Below, piece after piece: positions 10,491-21,478 of a stretch of DNA of 64,000 bases. Origin of the DNA: Candidatus Poribacteria bacterium (GTDB lineage Bacteria > Poribacteria > WGA-4E > PCPOR2b); assembly GCA_965116925.1 (NCBI GenBank), contig OZ220744.1, positions 3,392,001 through 3,456,000 on the forward strand, written 5' to 3'. The notes beneath the pieces were generated by a model. It was not told the DNA's origin. It did no database searches and saw only the letters and a list, made by a program, of their open reading frames with translations. Both the position numbers and the translations under genes were made by a program. Position 1 is the first letter of the stretch; each line of letters starts with the position of its first letter.

Positions 10491-11372
10491 CTAGCTGGTC
10501 TCGTCTTTTAAAGCAGCGAGTTGTGCACGGAGTTGTTCTAATTCGGACTCTATCTGTTGGCGGCGTTGTGCTTCCTGTTGGGCGCGTGCTTCTGCACGTT
10601 GTCGTCCCTGTGCTTCCTGTTGAGCGCGCGTTTCTGCCTGTTGCGCTGTAAACTCTGCCTCGTGTCTGCGCTCGGTTTCTGCTTGGGCAAATGCTTGTGC
10701 CTCCTCTCGGAGCTGTACCTCCTCTGCGGAGGTGGGAATTGGTGTCCCATCAGGTAGATAGGGTCGCAAAAGCCGCACGTTGCCGATGTAGTCTTCCCAA
10801 CGGAGCCATAGATTCAAACTATGACTAAATAATCCCCCTTCGGCATCGGGTCGGATACCTTCAATCTCACCGGCGGGACTTCGACGCCAGCCATGAAATT
10901 CTGGCGGTTTATCCCCTTCGGGTTGATGGATAAAATACTCCGCCACCCCGATGTCAATGAGGTATTGTTTCAGTTTCGCTCCACGGTCCTGAGCGGCGGT
11001 GGAGTCGGAAAGGAACTCGAACACGACCGTTGGCAGAGCCCCCTCTGCCCAGGTGTAGAAACTCCGTCGCTCTGGGTACTTCTCCGCACCCAAGACAACG
11101 TAGATGTCCGGAGCAACGAATTTGGTTTGATCTCCTTCGTAATAGTAGATAAAGCTGTCAATACCAATATGGACAGCCGATTCGGTGCTAAAGTAACGCG
11201 CAAGTTGGTCGCTAAGGGTCAGAATCTGGACGCCGTGGAATCCGGTTGCAGCCATTGGCTCATCGTCCTCCGAGGGGTAGCCCTCAATATAAACCGTGGG
11301 CTTGCCGGTGGCTCTTGGAAAGACCGGCATATATTTCTCTCGCTTGAAATCATAACTGTTTAAGACATCCAT
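10491..11372 (-). CDS. Uma2/DUF820 family protein, near-identical tandem paralog
   Basis: Almost identical to 9494..10312, with extra AE.RAQQEA units. Confidence 0.9.
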   Translation of the reverse strand: MDVLNSYDFKREKYMPVFPRATGKPTVYIEGYPSEDDEPMAATGFHGVQILTLSDQLARYFSTESAVHIGIDSFIYYYEGDQTKFVAPDIYVVLGAEKYPERRSFYTWAEGALPTVVFEFLSDSTAAQDRGAKLKQYLIDIGVAEYFIHQPEGDKPPEFHGWRRSPAGEIEGIRPDAEGGLFSHSLNLWLRWEDYIGNVRLLRPYLPDGTPIPTSAEEVQLREEAQAFAQAETERRHEAEFTAQQAETRAQQEAQGRQRAEARAQQEAQRRQQIESELEQLRAQLAALKDETS

Positions 11373-11402
11373 GAGTCCCCTCCACGTTCTACAGAGTCCT
11401 TA

Positions 11403-12872
11403 TCAAGTTGAGGATAGATCCGGTCGCTTTCGATGGTGGTCGGTATTCTGCTCAAAAGTATACGCCACCCGTAGGATTTTCTCCTCCTCAAACGGGGCGG
11501 CAAGGATTTGCAAGCCGATCGGTAAATCGTCCTGCGTCAAACCGCACGGTATGGAAATCCCCGGTAGCCCTGCGAGGCTCGCCGGCGTTGTCAGGACATC
11601 GGAGAGATACATCTGCAACGGATCCGCTGTCCGTTCCCCAATCTTGAACGCTGCTGTCGGTGAGGTCGGTGTCACGACCACATCGACCTGCTCAAAGGCG
11701 TTATCAAAATCGGATTTAATCAGCGTTCTTACCTTTTGTGCCTTTAGGTAGTAGGCATCGTAGTATCCCGAACTGAGCGCGTAAGTGCCGAGCATGATAC
11801 GGCGCTTAACCTCTTCGCCAAAACCTTCGCTCCGCGTCTTTCTATACATATCACCCAATTCTTCAGCGTTTGTTGCACGGAAACCGTATCGGACGCCGTC
11901 GTACCGCGCTAGATTCGCACTCGCTTCAGCGGGAGCGATAATGTAATATGTTGCCATTGCGTAGTCGGTATGGGGCAGAGAGACCTCTTCAATAATCGCT
12001 CCACCCGCTTGAAGTACCTCAATCGCACTCCGGACGCTTTCCTCTACATCTGGATCAATTCCTGCCGTGAAATACTCTTTTGGGATACCAACTTTGACCC
12101 CTTCAAGGTCGTTAATCAAGGATTTGGTAAAATCTGGGACGGGTAGATTTGCTGAGGTCGAATCCATCGGATCATGTCCGCAGATTGCGTTGAGCAGTAG
12201 GGCGCAGTCGGTTACATCCTTTGAGAACGGTCCAATCTGATCCAAAGACGATGCGAACGCCACCAACCCAAACCGTGAGGCGCGCCCGTAGGTTGGCTTC
12301 ATCCCCACGACGCCGCATAGGGCAGCAGGCTGCCGAATCGAGCCGCCGGTGTCTGATCCGAGCGAGCAGATCGCTTCGCCTGCAGCGACAACCGCCGAGG
12401 AGCCGCCGCTTGACCCACCGGGAATCGTTTCCAGATTCCACGGATTACGCGTGTTCTGGTACGCCGAGTTCTCCGTTGATGACCCCATCGCGAACTCGTC
12501 CATGTTCGTTTTGCCGAGCATCACGGCTCCCTGCTGATGGAGTTTCGTCATCACCGTTGCATCGTAGGGGGAGACGAAATTTCCCAAGATTTCGGAGCCG
12601 CACGTTGTCAACACGCCTTTGGTGCAGATCACATCCTTAATCGCGATCGGGATGCCTGCCAACGGAGGCATTTCATCGCCGCGCTGAAAGCCTGCGTCCA
12701 CGGCTGCGGCACTCTCAAGCGCAATATCTTCGGTCAGTGTTAGGTAACCTTTTATCTGTTCTTCGACCGCACCGATTCGGTCATACATCGACTGCGTCAG
12801 TTCGAGGGCGGTAATCTCCCGCTCTTTCAATTTCTCATGAAGTTCGTGGGCTGTTAGTTCATATAACGGCAT
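11403..12872 (-). CDS. gatA: Asp/Glu-tRNA amidotransferase subunit A
   Basis: [31 protein letters not shown] and [11 protein letters not shown] motifs; RBS favours the ATG at 12872. Confidence 0.97.
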   Translation of the reverse strand: MPLYELTAHELHEKLKEREITALELTQSMYDRIGAVEEQIKGYLTLTEDIALESAAAVDAGFQRGDEMPPLAGIPIAIKDVICTKGVLTTCGSEILGNFVSPYDATVMTKLHQQGAVMLGKTNMDEFAMGSSTENSAYQNTRNPWNLETIPGGSSGGSSAVVAAGEAICSLGSDTGGSIRQPAALCGVVGMKPTYGRASRFGLVAFASSLDQIGPFSKDVTDCALLLNAICGHDPMDSTSANLPVPDFTKSLINDLEGVKVGIPKEYFTAGIDPDVEESVRSAIEVLQAGGAIIEEVSLPHTDYAMATYYIIAPAEASANLARYDGVRYGFRATNAEELGDMYRKTRSEGFGEEVKRRIMLGTYALSSGYYDAYYLKAQKVRTLIKSDFDNAFEQVDVVVTPTSPTAAFKIGERTADPLQMYLSDVLTTPASLAGLPGISIPCGLTQDDLPIGLQILAAPFEEEKILRVAYTFEQNTDHHRKRPDLSST

Positions 12873-12888
12873 GAAACATTTGCTCCTT

Positions 12889-13179
12889 TTACTCAATCAC
12901 CTTCGGCACCTCAAAGTATCCCTCTTCCACACTCGGAGCCCCTTCCAAAACAGTGTCTCGGTCGTATGAGGACTTAGCGAGATCTTCTTTGACGACATTG
13001 CGGAGTGGGAGGGGGTGCGACGTCGGCGGCACATCCGTCGTATCCAATTCGTTCAATTTTCCGATATAGTCCAAAATCCGAGCGAGTTGATGCGTGAACT
13101 GCTCTATATCTTCCTCGTTAAATTCGAGACGTGCAAGGGTTGCAACGTGCTGCACGTCGTCGGTAGTAATTGTTGCCAT
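12889..13179 (-). CDS. gatC: Asp/Glu-tRNA amidotransferase subunit C
   Basis: V.HVA.LARL...L.ELDT..VPPT...YF.VPKVIE; directly upstream of gatA. Confidence 0.95.
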   Translation of the reverse strand: MATITTDDVQHVATLARLEFNEEDIEQFTHQLARILDYIGKLNELDTTDVPPTSHPLPLRNVVKEDLAKSSYDRDTVLEGAPSVEEGYFEVPKVIE

Positions 13180-13201
13180 TTGATCCTCCCTATTCCTGCA
13201 T

Positions 13202-13309
13202 TATAGTAGATTTTAGAATTAATGGGACACGCCGAACCGGCGCAGTTGGAAACAGCGCCTACCAAACATGGGGGGCGCAAGTGTTTCTTTATTTTTTGAA
13301 TTCACTATA
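13202..13309. mobile_element. MITE family B (TATAGTRGAT...GAATTCACTATA ends, TA-flanked, IS630/Tc1-like)
   Basis: Other copies: 27714-27821, 43079-43262, 56014-56233, 60799-61188, 63610-63712. Partial copies near 639, 18318, 24403, 52475-52568 and 57304. Confidence 0.75.
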
Positions 13310-13342
13310 AATTATGTTTAGGCTAGATGGGCTTTCCTTGCT

Positions 13343-15484
13343 TCAACCCACCCGCTGCAACCGCGCATGTGCCGCAGCGAGGACTTTCTCGGATCCGCGT
13401 TCAAACCGCACGGTGATCCGCATATCAAATCCATACCCACTGATAGCAGTAATCTTTCCTCTCCCAAACTGCCCGTGATATACAACGTCCCCAACGTCGT
13501 AAGGGAATGAAACTTCCTCCTCAAAATCGGGTTCATCGGGATCATAGGACGAAACCACCGGTCGCCGCGGCGATTCATGGGGAGTCCCCTGATCAATCAG
13601 TTCAGTTGGAATCTCCTCAATGAAGCGCGAAGGGATACGATAATCGATGTCCCGATACAACCGCCGTGAACGGGCGTAAGTCAGGTAGACATGCTCCTGT
13701 GCGCGTGTAATTCCAACGTAACACAGTCTCCGCTCCTCCTCAAGTTCGGCTTCGCTGTCGTAAGAACGTTGATGCGGTAGCAATCCTTCTTCGATTCCGA
13801 CCATAAAGACAATCGGAAATTCCAACCCCTTTGCGCTGTGCAGCGTCATCATTGTCACCACATCGCTCTTATCCTCCATACTGTCGATATCGGAAGCCAA
13901 CGTAATCTTTTCCAAGAAACCCGCCAACGTCGGCTCTGGTTCACTTTCCTCGTATTCCGCAACCGCGGCCATTAACTCTTGGAGGTTCTCTTCGCGGCTC
14001 TGTGCCTCAATGGAGCCTTCGCTTCGCAAGGTGCGTAAGTAGTCAGAACGATCGAGTAAATCTTCCGCTGTGCGTGCTGGCGGATCGTTTGGACTGAACG
14101 ACGCGATTAATTCAGCGAATGCCCTTACCTTGTTTTTCGCCCCATTGTTGAGTGTCGATACCTCCCCAACCCGCTGAATCGCTTCAAATAGCGGGATACC
14201 TTCTTCATAAGCAAAATCCTCGATTTTCTGTATCGTCGCAACACCGATCCCACGGCGCGGCACATTGATGATACGCTTGATGCTTACCGTATCGGCGGGA
14301 TTGACAATCACCCGCATATAAGCGATGATGTCTTTGACCTCCATCCGTTCATAGAATCGGATGCCGCCCACGATCTGATACGGGATATTTGCGCCGCGTA
14401 GCGCGTCCTCAAATGTACGGGATTGGGCGTTAATCCGATAAAAAATGACGCAGTCGCCGTATTTCCGCCTACGCCCTCGCCACTCCCGAATCTGCCGCAG
14501 CACATAGTCCGCCTCGCTGAGGTCTTCCGTCGCTTCATGGAGGGTGATTGCGTTCCCTCTCTTGTTCTCTGTCCACATCTGCTTTTCCTTGCGTCTCTGA
14601 TTGTTGTGGATGACATGATAGGCGGCATCAAGAATATTTTTCGTGGAACGATAGTTCTGTTCTAAGCGCAAAACCTTCGTGTTTGAATAGTCCTTCTCGA
14701 AATCAAGGATGTTGTTGATATCCGCGCCCCTAAATGCGTAAATGCTTTGGTCGTCGTCCCCCACGACGCAGATGTTCTGGTGTTTCTGTGCCAACGCATT
14801 GACAAGCAGATATTGACCACGATTGGTGTCCTGATACTCATCAACGAGGATGTACCGAAACTTGTCCTGATAGTACGCCAATACATTCGGGTTTGACTCA
14901 AACAACTCGACGGTCAACTTGATCAGGTCATCAAAATCGAGAGCGTTGTTTTCGCGGAGGAAATCTTGATACACCGGATAGATCTCTGCGACGGCTGCCT
15001 CGAAAAACCCGACTATGCGCTTCGTATAATCTTCAGGCGAGATAAAATCGCTCTTGGCTCTGCTAATCTCTCCGATGACGGGTCCCGGATTATTCAGTGA
15101 AAGTTGAAGCGTCTTGATTAGTTCTTTAATCAGGGTTCGCTGATCTGAGGTATCGTAGATTGTAAATGAGCGTTCATAGCCGAGATGATGAATGTCCCGT
15201 CGTAGAATCTGAGCACATGTCGAATGGAAGGTTGCCACCCACAGCTGGCTCTGACCGATGAGATTTTCAAGACGGGTTCTCATCTCTTCCGCAGCTTTGT
15301 TTGTGAACGTCACCGCGAGAATATTATATGGGGAAACGCCGTGGTGACGGATGAGGTAGGCAATTCGATGGGTAATCACGCGGGTCTTACCGCTGCCCGC
15401 ACCGGACAGGATGAGCAGTGGTCCTTCGGTGTGCTGTACCGCTTCGCGCTGAACGGGATTCAAGGATTCGAGGAGATCGGTCAT
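13343..15484 (-). CDS. pcrA: UvrD/PcrA superfamily 1 DNA helicase
   Basis: GAGSGKT, LVDEYQDTN, VGDDDQSIY, LEQNYRST, TLHSAKGLEF and EERRLCYVGITRA motifs. Confidence 0.93.
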   Translation of the reverse strand: MTDLLESLNPVQREAVQHTEGPLLILSGAGSGKTRVITHRIAYLIRHHGVSPYNILAVTFTNKAAEEMRTRLENLIGQSQLWVATFHSTCAQILRRDIHHLGYERSFTIYDTSDQRTLIKELIKTLQLSLNNPGPVIGEISRAKSDFISPEDYTKRIVGFFEAAVAEIYPVYQDFLRENNALDFDDLIKLTVELFESNPNVLAYYQDKFRYILVDEYQDTNRGQYLLVNALAQKHQNICVVGDDDQSIYAFRGADINNILDFEKDYSNTKVLRLEQNYRSTKNILDAAYHVIHNNQRRKEKQMWTENKRGNAITLHEATEDLSEADYVLRQIREWRGRRRKYGDCVIFYRINAQSRTFEDALRGANIPYQIVGGIRFYERMEVKDIIAYMRVIVNPADTVSIKRIINVPRRGIGVATIQKIEDFAYEEGIPLFEAIQRVGEVSTLNNGAKNKVRAFAELIASFSPNDPPARTAEDLLDRSDYLRTLRSEGSIEAQSREENLQELMAAVAEYEESEPEPTLAGFLEKITLASDIDSMEDKSDVVTMMTLHSAKGLEFPIVFMVGIEEGLLPHQRSYDSEAELEEERRLCYVGITRAQEHVYLTYARSRRLYRDIDYRIPSRFIEEIPTELIDQGTPHESPRRPVVSSYDPDEPDFEEEVSFPYDVGDVVYHGQFGRGKITAISGYGFDMRITVRFERGSEKVLAAAHARLQRVG

Positions 15485-15534
15485 GAAAAGTTCCTTCCGA
15501 ATAAAGAAGTATGGCACGATTTTTTCAAGTGTTA

Positions 15535-15563
15535 AGTATAAACGATCCGCTGCATATTGGCAA
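15535..15563 (-). promoter_or_regulatory. Sigma70-like promoter for the helicase gene
   Basis: TTGCCA-17 nt-TATACT on the minus strand, about 50 nt upstream of the ATG. Confidence 0.5.
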
Positions 15564-15604
15564 GGTAGAAATTCATAGAGTGTAGTGAGATTTAATTCTC
15601 TACT

Positions 15605-15633
15605 TTAACACAGGGAATCAGGTGTGATAAAAT
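15605..15633 (+). promoter_or_regulatory. Sigma70-like promoter for pbpC
   Basis: TTAACA-17 nt-TAAAAT with a TGn extension. Confidence 0.45.
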
Positions 15634-15685
15634 AAGGTAGTAGGCATACTCCGTATGCCGTAACTCGCGTAAAAAGGGCAGAACC

Positions 15686-18085
15686 ATGAAATCAAATCTC
15701 TCAAAACACCTCAAACCTACCATAAAAAGCCTCATTATCGTCTCAGGTCCCCTGATAACAGCGTTCGCTCTGCTGCTGTTGCACGAAGTCCACGATAGGA
15801 GCAAATTGGTTTCACCGCCGGCGACACCGATTTTTACCGATCGATACGGCACCTTCTTGGCAGAGGGAACTGCCGACGAGGACGCACCACTCGGCTTTTG
15901 GGATCCGCCGGAGGCTTCGCCCAAGCGGATCGTTTCATGCCTGTTAGCGGTCGAGGACAAGCGGTATTACGAGCATTTTGGCGTCGATTTCCGTTCCCTT
16001 CTTCGGGCATTGGTGAATAACCTCAGCGGTGGACCGCGGCAGGGTGCCTCGACGATTGCGATGCAGGTGGCGCGACTACAACGCCCCGGAAAACGAACCC
16101 TCTGGAAAAAAGCGTGTGAAATGGGCACGGCGGTATGGCTCAACCGAAAGTTCGGTCATGAAAACGTGCTGCGGCACTACCTGAAAATTGTCCCTCAAGG
16201 TAATCGTATTCACGGCGTTGCCTATGCAGCGAGACGGTACTTCCAGAAACCCTTAGCAGATCTGAGCTGGGCGGAAGCGGCGGTATTGGCGAGCCTCCCC
16301 AGAGCACCGGGCAGAATGAACCTTTACCAGTTTGAGGGGCGGCGAAAAGCGTTTGAGCGTGCGAAACTGATTCTCAATCTGCTCCATAAGAGCGGGACAC
16401 TCGATGCAGCCAACCTTGCAATCAGCCAGCGCCAGCTAAAGTCCTTGAAAATCCCCGTTAAGGAATCGCGACCGTACCACAGCTACCACGCTATTCTACG
16501 TCTCCAAGAAGCGGTCAACGGAGCTGCAGTCTATACCAAACCGGTATCCACTACTTTAGACCTTCCCCTTCAGGAAGTGGTGGATAGCATTGCCGGCGAA
16601 GCGATGGAGCATCTCCGTCAACGCGGCGCGGGCAATCTGGCTGTTATTGTGGCGGAGCGAGAGACGGGTGCGATTCGGAGTTATCTGGGCTCCGATTTTT
16701 ACGCCGATGAGGACTTCGCCGGTGCCATCAATTATGCGACAACCCCACGATCTGCCGGCAGCACCCTGAAGCCTTTTATCTATGCTTTGGGTATGGAGAC
16801 CGGAGCGTTCTCCCCCGCCAGCGTCTTGGGGGATCTCCCGTTCAATCTATCGCATTCGACGGGTCAGTACAGCGTGGCCAACTATGATGAGCGTCATCTC
16901 GGACCGATGCTCTATCGGAAGGCACTTGCCAATAGCCGAAATGTCCCGGCAGTTCATGTCCTGAAGACGGTAGGGCTAGCGAAGACATACGATCTGTTTC
17001 GTCAGTTGGGACTCGCAAAGGACGACAGATCTGCCAGTGTGTATGGGCTTGGTTTGGCAATTGGTGGGCTTTACGTCACTTTGGAGGATCTTGTCGCCGC
17101 TTATGGCGTGTTAGGGGTCGATGGCAGGGGGTTTAGGTTGCGCTGGTTTGAAACCGCTGATGAAGAGGCACCGTCGCAGCTTATCCCTGAAGATGTGGCT
17201 CGGCAGATCACCCTCTTTCTCTCCGACCCGCTAGCACGGTTGCCCACTTTCGCTCGCATGGGACCGTTGGAGTATCCCTTCCCCGTGGCGGTGAAAACTG
17301 GCACATCTCAGGGATTCCGAGATGCGTGGGCGGTGGCTTACAGCTCAAAATACATCGTCGGTACGTGGATTGGGCACCCGAATCATGATCGGATGAAACA
17401 GGTGAGTGGCCTTGACGCAGCGCAGCTGGTAAAAGGGATTCTACTCTTCTTGCACCCCAAAGAACGGCGGGGTGTAGACGAAAAGCCGTTTCCACCGCCC
17501 CAACTGCGTCAGGATTCAGAGGATTCTGTGGACTATCAGTTGGTGAAACTCTGTCCGCTGTCGGGGGAGCTTACAACTGAGGCATGTTCTGAGGTTGTTC
17601 CGGAATATCTCCCCCTTGGGACCGAAGCGAGGACCGCCTGCCGCGTCCACCAATCCTTTGCAGTTGACCGACGAACAGGAACACTGGCGGGTCCCATGAC
17701 ACCTCCAGAGTGGGTCGAAATTAGGAGTTATGCTGTCCTACCGCCACAGCTCGCGGCTTGGGGGGCAATACACGGCTACGGTCCCTCGCCATCGCCCTCC
17801 TCCGAATCGCCATACGCTGGCATCGCCATTGAGGAGCCGATTGATGGGAGTGTCTTTCGGTTTCATCCAGATACCCCACAGCAGTTGCAGAGCATCGCAC
17901 TCAGAGCCAACGTTACCCCCGCTGTTCCTGAGATTATCTGGTATGTGGATGGGGAACCCTTTCAAAAGGTGGCATATCCCTACACAACGCGATGGCAGCT
18001 TCGCGCAGGTTCGCACGCGCTGCAAGCCCGTTTCCCTCACGCCGATATACAGAGCGGTATTATCACGATTACCGTTGCTCCGTAG
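15686..18085 (+). CDS. pbpC: Penicillin-binding protein 1C
   Basis: Transglycosylase EDKRYY.H.GVD and GASTI.MQ; transpeptidase STLK, SRN and KTGTS; C-terminal W.VDG domain. Confidence 0.88.
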   Translation: MKSNLSKHLKPTIKSLIIVSGPLITAFALLLLHEVHDRSKLVSPPATPIFTDRYGTFLAEGTADEDAPLGFWDPPEASPKRIVSCLLAVEDKRYYEHFGVDFRSLLRALVNNLSGGPRQGASTIAMQVARLQRPGKRTLWKKACEMGTAVWLNRKFGHENVLRHYLKIVPQGNRIHGVAYAARRYFQKPLADLSWAEAAVLASLPRAPGRMNLYQFEGRRKAFERAKLILNLLHKSGTLDAANLAISQRQLKSLKIPVKESRPYHSYHAILRLQEAVNGAAVYTKPVSTTLDLPLQEVVDSIAGEAMEHLRQRGAGNLAVIVAERETGAIRSYLGSDFYADEDFAGAINYATTPRSAGSTLKPFIYALGMETGAFSPASVLGDLPFNLSHSTGQYSVANYDERHLGPMLYRKALANSRNVPAVHVLKTVGLAKTYDLFRQLGLAKDDRSASVYGLGLAIGGLYVTLEDLVAAYGVLGVDGRGFRLRWFETADEEAPSQLIPEDVARQITLFLSDPLARLPTFARMGPLEYPFPVAVKTGTSQGFRDAWAVAYSSKYIVGTWIGHPNHDRMKQVSGLDAAQLVKGILLFLHPKERRGVDEKPFPPPQLRQDSEDSVDYQLVKLCPLSGELTTEACSEVVPEYLPLGTEARTACRVHQSFAVDRRTGTLAGPMTPPEWVEIRSYAVLPPQLAAWGAIHGYGPSPSPSSESPYAGIAIEEPIDGSVFRFHPDTPQQLQSIALRANVTPAVPEIIWYVDGEPFQKVAYPYTTRWQLRAGSHALQARFPHADIQSGIITITVAP

Positions 18086-18581
18086 CAATATGTGTGGGAC
18101 AAAGGCGATTGTTATAGCGCACCCCTTTGTATAGTAGTAGGTATACGCTGTAGGCCGTAACTCCAGCAGTGTGCAGTGTAGAGGAGCCATCAGCTCAATC
18201 AACCAACATAGCCCCAGCGGGGCAACATGTATATAGCAATGCTGCATCCCTATACACCCAAGCCCCAGCGGGGCGACATGTGTAAGTAACGGTGCTGCCT
18301 CCAATAGGTTGGAAAACTATGGTGAATGCGAAAAATAAATAGACACTTTCACCCCTCAGTTTCGATTCCCCTGACAAATCGGGGTAAACTAATTATCGGG
18401 GCCGGTAGGTGCGGTTTCCCCCCGCACCGGACATCGCTCGGAAATTACCGAATTAATATTTTAATCTTCATACAGATTGTGATACAAAGGCGGTTAGGTT
18501 GCGGTGTGTAAACGCAAAATGGGCGAGGTGACCTCTCTCCTACGAGATTGTGGGTTCACTTACAGAAAGGGAACATTCTAT

Positions 18582-19709
18582 ATGAAAATAATGGCGATGG
18601 TACTTATGCTTTTGGTTCTATTTTTACCGAACACTTTTGCCCAAGAATACACACGGATGATTCTGCCCGAAGCTACGATTGTGCGTTTCGACCAGAGCAG
18701 TGTAATGCGGGTGCTGTATTCTCCGGACGGAGCACGGCTCGCTGTTCTGAGTGTCAACAGCCCTAAGGTGCCCATCGGTATTTGGCTCTACGACATAACG
18801 ACCTATCGAGAGGTTGTCCAGCTCGTCGGGCCAGATTGGGTCTATGGCATAGCGTTCAGCCCGGATAGCACCACGCTTGCCAGTGGTGGGAGTCGGGACG
18901 GGACGGTGTGGTTGTGGGATACCGAGACGGGTGAACAGAAGGGTAGCCTCACCGGGCATACGGAGGGGGTCACAAGCGTGGCGTTCAGTCCAGATGGCAA
19001 GACGCTTGCCAGTGGGAGTTATGACGGCACAGTGCGTTTGTGGGATGCCGAGACGTGGGAACCTAAGGGTACACTCACTAGGGATATGAGGGTAGTCTAT
19101 GACGTAGCGTTCAGTCCAGATGGCAAGACGGTCGCCGGTGGGAATTGGGACGGCACGGTGCGATTGTGGGATGCCGAGACGGGTGAACAGAAGGGTAAAC
19201 TCACTGGACATACGACAGCGGTCTATAGCGTCGTGTTCAGCCCAGATGGCAAGACGCTTGCCGGTAGAAGTGAGGCAAATACGCTGTGGCTGTGGGACAC
19301 CGAGATGGGTAAACCTAAGGGTACACCCACCGAGAGGATCTCAAGGGTAGTGTTCAGTCCAGATGGCAAGACGCTTGCCGGTGGTAGTTATGACCATACG
19401 GTGCGATTATGGGATGTCAAAACAGGTGAACCTAAGGGTACACTCACCGGTCATAGGCACACGGTCAATAGCGTAGCGTTCAGTCCAGATGGCAAGACAT
19501 TTGCCAGTAGTGGTAGTTATGACCATACGGTGCGGTTGTGGGATGCCGAGACGTGGGAACCTAAGGGCACACTCAACGGGCATACAGAGAGGGTCATAGA
19601 CATCACGTTCAGTCCATGGGTCACAGGCGTAGCGTTCAGTCCAGATGGCAAGACGCTTGCCAGTGGGAGCACGGACGGGACGCTGCGGTTGTGGAAAGTC
19701 CCTGATTAA
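18582..19709 (+). CDS. Secreted WD40-repeat protein
   Basis: Signal peptide followed by about 7 GH...VAFSPDGKTLASGS.D.TVRLWD repeats. Confidence 0.92.
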   Translation: MKIMAMVLMLLVLFLPNTFAQEYTRMILPEATIVRFDQSSVMRVLYSPDGARLAVLSVNSPKVPIGIWLYDITTYREVVQLVGPDWVYGIAFSPDSTTLASGGSRDGTVWLWDTETGEQKGSLTGHTEGVTSVAFSPDGKTLASGSYDGTVRLWDAETWEPKGTLTRDMRVVYDVAFSPDGKTVAGGNWDGTVRLWDAETGEQKGKLTGHTTAVYSVVFSPDGKTLAGRSEANTLWLWDTEMGKPKGTPTERISRVVFSPDGKTLAGGSYDHTVRLWDVKTGEPKGTLTGHRHTVNSVAFSPDGKTFASSGSYDHTVRLWDAETWEPKGTLNGHTERVIDITFSPWVTGVAFSPDGKTLASGSTDGTLRLWKVPD

Positions 19710-19974
19710 ACCGCCAAGTCTGGTAGGGGGCGTACCCTCCGAATCCCGACTCCTAATGTAGCGCAAACTGTATGCAATTAAAAAAATAATTCGGTAATTC
19801 TACGACGGACGATTCTCAATCAAGAAGTGGCTCTAACCTTGTAAATCCTTGAATTCCTGTAAATTCTGATCCAGACAATCAATACCACACATTACCGAAT
19901 TAATAAATCAATCTTCATACAGATTGTGGTACAAAGGAATATTTTATGGAAATAATTTAATGAAAGGAGGCACT

Positions 19975-21171
19975 ATGAACCGCGTCGCACCAGAACTGAC
20001 AGACGTGCACCATATCAAACTCTGCTACAGCAAAGGCACCTACTGCGGGCATCCTCGACAATGTCCAATCTACAATTACGGGGACGGCGAAATTGTCGTA
20101 ATCCACCACCATGCACCCGCCACCTATCAAACAAAAGAAAACATCCGGCACGGTCAAACCGGCTACAAAGGTCGGGCGAAGATCTTGCTTCAGCGATCGT
20201 ACGATCACGGTCAGACCTGGTCCCACGAAAACGAGGTGGTGATCTGGGACGACTCACGCCCTTTGGAGGAGAAACGCGCCATCTTGTGGCAGGCTGATGA
20301 ACCGGGGATTACCCGCGAACAAATCGACCTCGCTAGCCCGGACGCAGCGATCTACTTCCCGCGTCCACAGACGGGTCCCGCAGATGCCGACGGACATCCG
20401 ACGCTGGAATGCTTTGCCTTCCGTTCCGCCGATCGGGGGCACACATGGGAGACCATTCCGACGCGAGTGGCACCACCGCCGCCGCTCAAGTATGTCCATG
20501 TGGACGGAGCGCCCTTGGTACAGTTTGCCGACGGCACACAGATGGTAGCGGCGACCTTCGGACCAAGTGCTAATGACAACTTCGTGGGGATATACGGCAC
20601 CGACGACAACGGTTTGTCTTGGGAATATTTAGGGGAAGTCGCTCGCGATCCCACCGGTCTAGGACGACCGACCTACGCGAACTTACTGCTGCTGCCGAGC
20701 GGACGGTTGCAGTGCTATACCCTCAACATCGGCGGCCTCCGGAACGCAATCCAGATGGCGTATTCTGACGATGGCGGATACAGTTGGAGCGAACCGAAAC
20801 CGATTGTAGCGTGGGGGCAGTCACCGTGGACGGCGGCACGTCGTGAGGAGTACATCTGGGAAGGAGCAAGACGGAACGGTGTCCACTACCGCTCACCTTG
20901 GTCGCTGCGGCTGCGTGACGGGCGGATTGTGGTGCTGTTTGGTCGGCGGAAAGCACCATTTGGAATCGGCGTCATCGTCAGTGAGGACGACGGGGATTCT
21001 TGGTCGGCTGAGGGGATCGTCCGTGCGGACGCCAGTGATTGGGATCTTGGCTACCCCGTCGCCACGGAACTTGACGATGGCCGTATTTTTACCGCTTACT
21101 ACTACATGGAGAAAGACGGGGGCAACTTCGGCGGCGTACGCCATATCGCAGGCAGTTTCTTCCACTTGTGA
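19975..21171 (+). CDS. BNR/Asp-box sialidase-like protein
   Basis: Five S.D.G.(T/S)W Asp-boxes; AGGAGG RBS. Confidence 0.85.
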   Translation: MNRVAPELTDVHHIKLCYSKGTYCGHPRQCPIYNYGDGEIVVIHHHAPATYQTKENIRHGQTGYKGRAKILLQRSYDHGQTWSHENEVVIWDDSRPLEEKRAILWQADEPGITREQIDLASPDAAIYFPRPQTGPADADGHPTLECFAFRSADRGHTWETIPTRVAPPPPLKYVHVDGAPLVQFADGTQMVAATFGPSANDNFVGIYGTDDNGLSWEYLGEVARDPTGLGRPTYANLLLLPSGRLQCYTLNIGGLRNAIQMAYSDDGGYSWSEPKPIVAWGQSPWTAARREEYIWEGARRNGVHYRSPWSLRLRDGRIVVLFGRRKAPFGIGVIVSEDDGDSWSAEGIVRADASDWDLGYPVATELDDGRIFTAYYYMEKDGGNFGGVRHIAGSFFHL

Positions 21172-21478
21172 TAGAACGTGAAACGTGATGCGTGAAACGT
21201 GAAAAATGTAGTGTGTCCCGTCCTAAATAGGGTTGGCATGAGCGAGATAAAACTTTCCCATTTTTCCCGCGAAAATGCAAACTTTCCCATTTTTCCCGTC
21301 AAAATGGGGAAATTGTCCCTATTTCAGCATGAAGCGTTTTGTCATCAACCGTCGGTTGTATCACAAACAGATACAAACAATTACATTTCTATAGTCGAGA
21401 ATTGTTCCCTACAACGTGAAGCGTGAAACGTGAAACGTGACAAATGAACTAGTGAACTAATGAACCAAAAACAGGAGG

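Noticed and set aside
21252..21300. Direct repeat AAACTTTCCCATTTTTCCCG, two copies
   Set aside because: Single occurrence with no matching end or associated gene; function cannot be supported.
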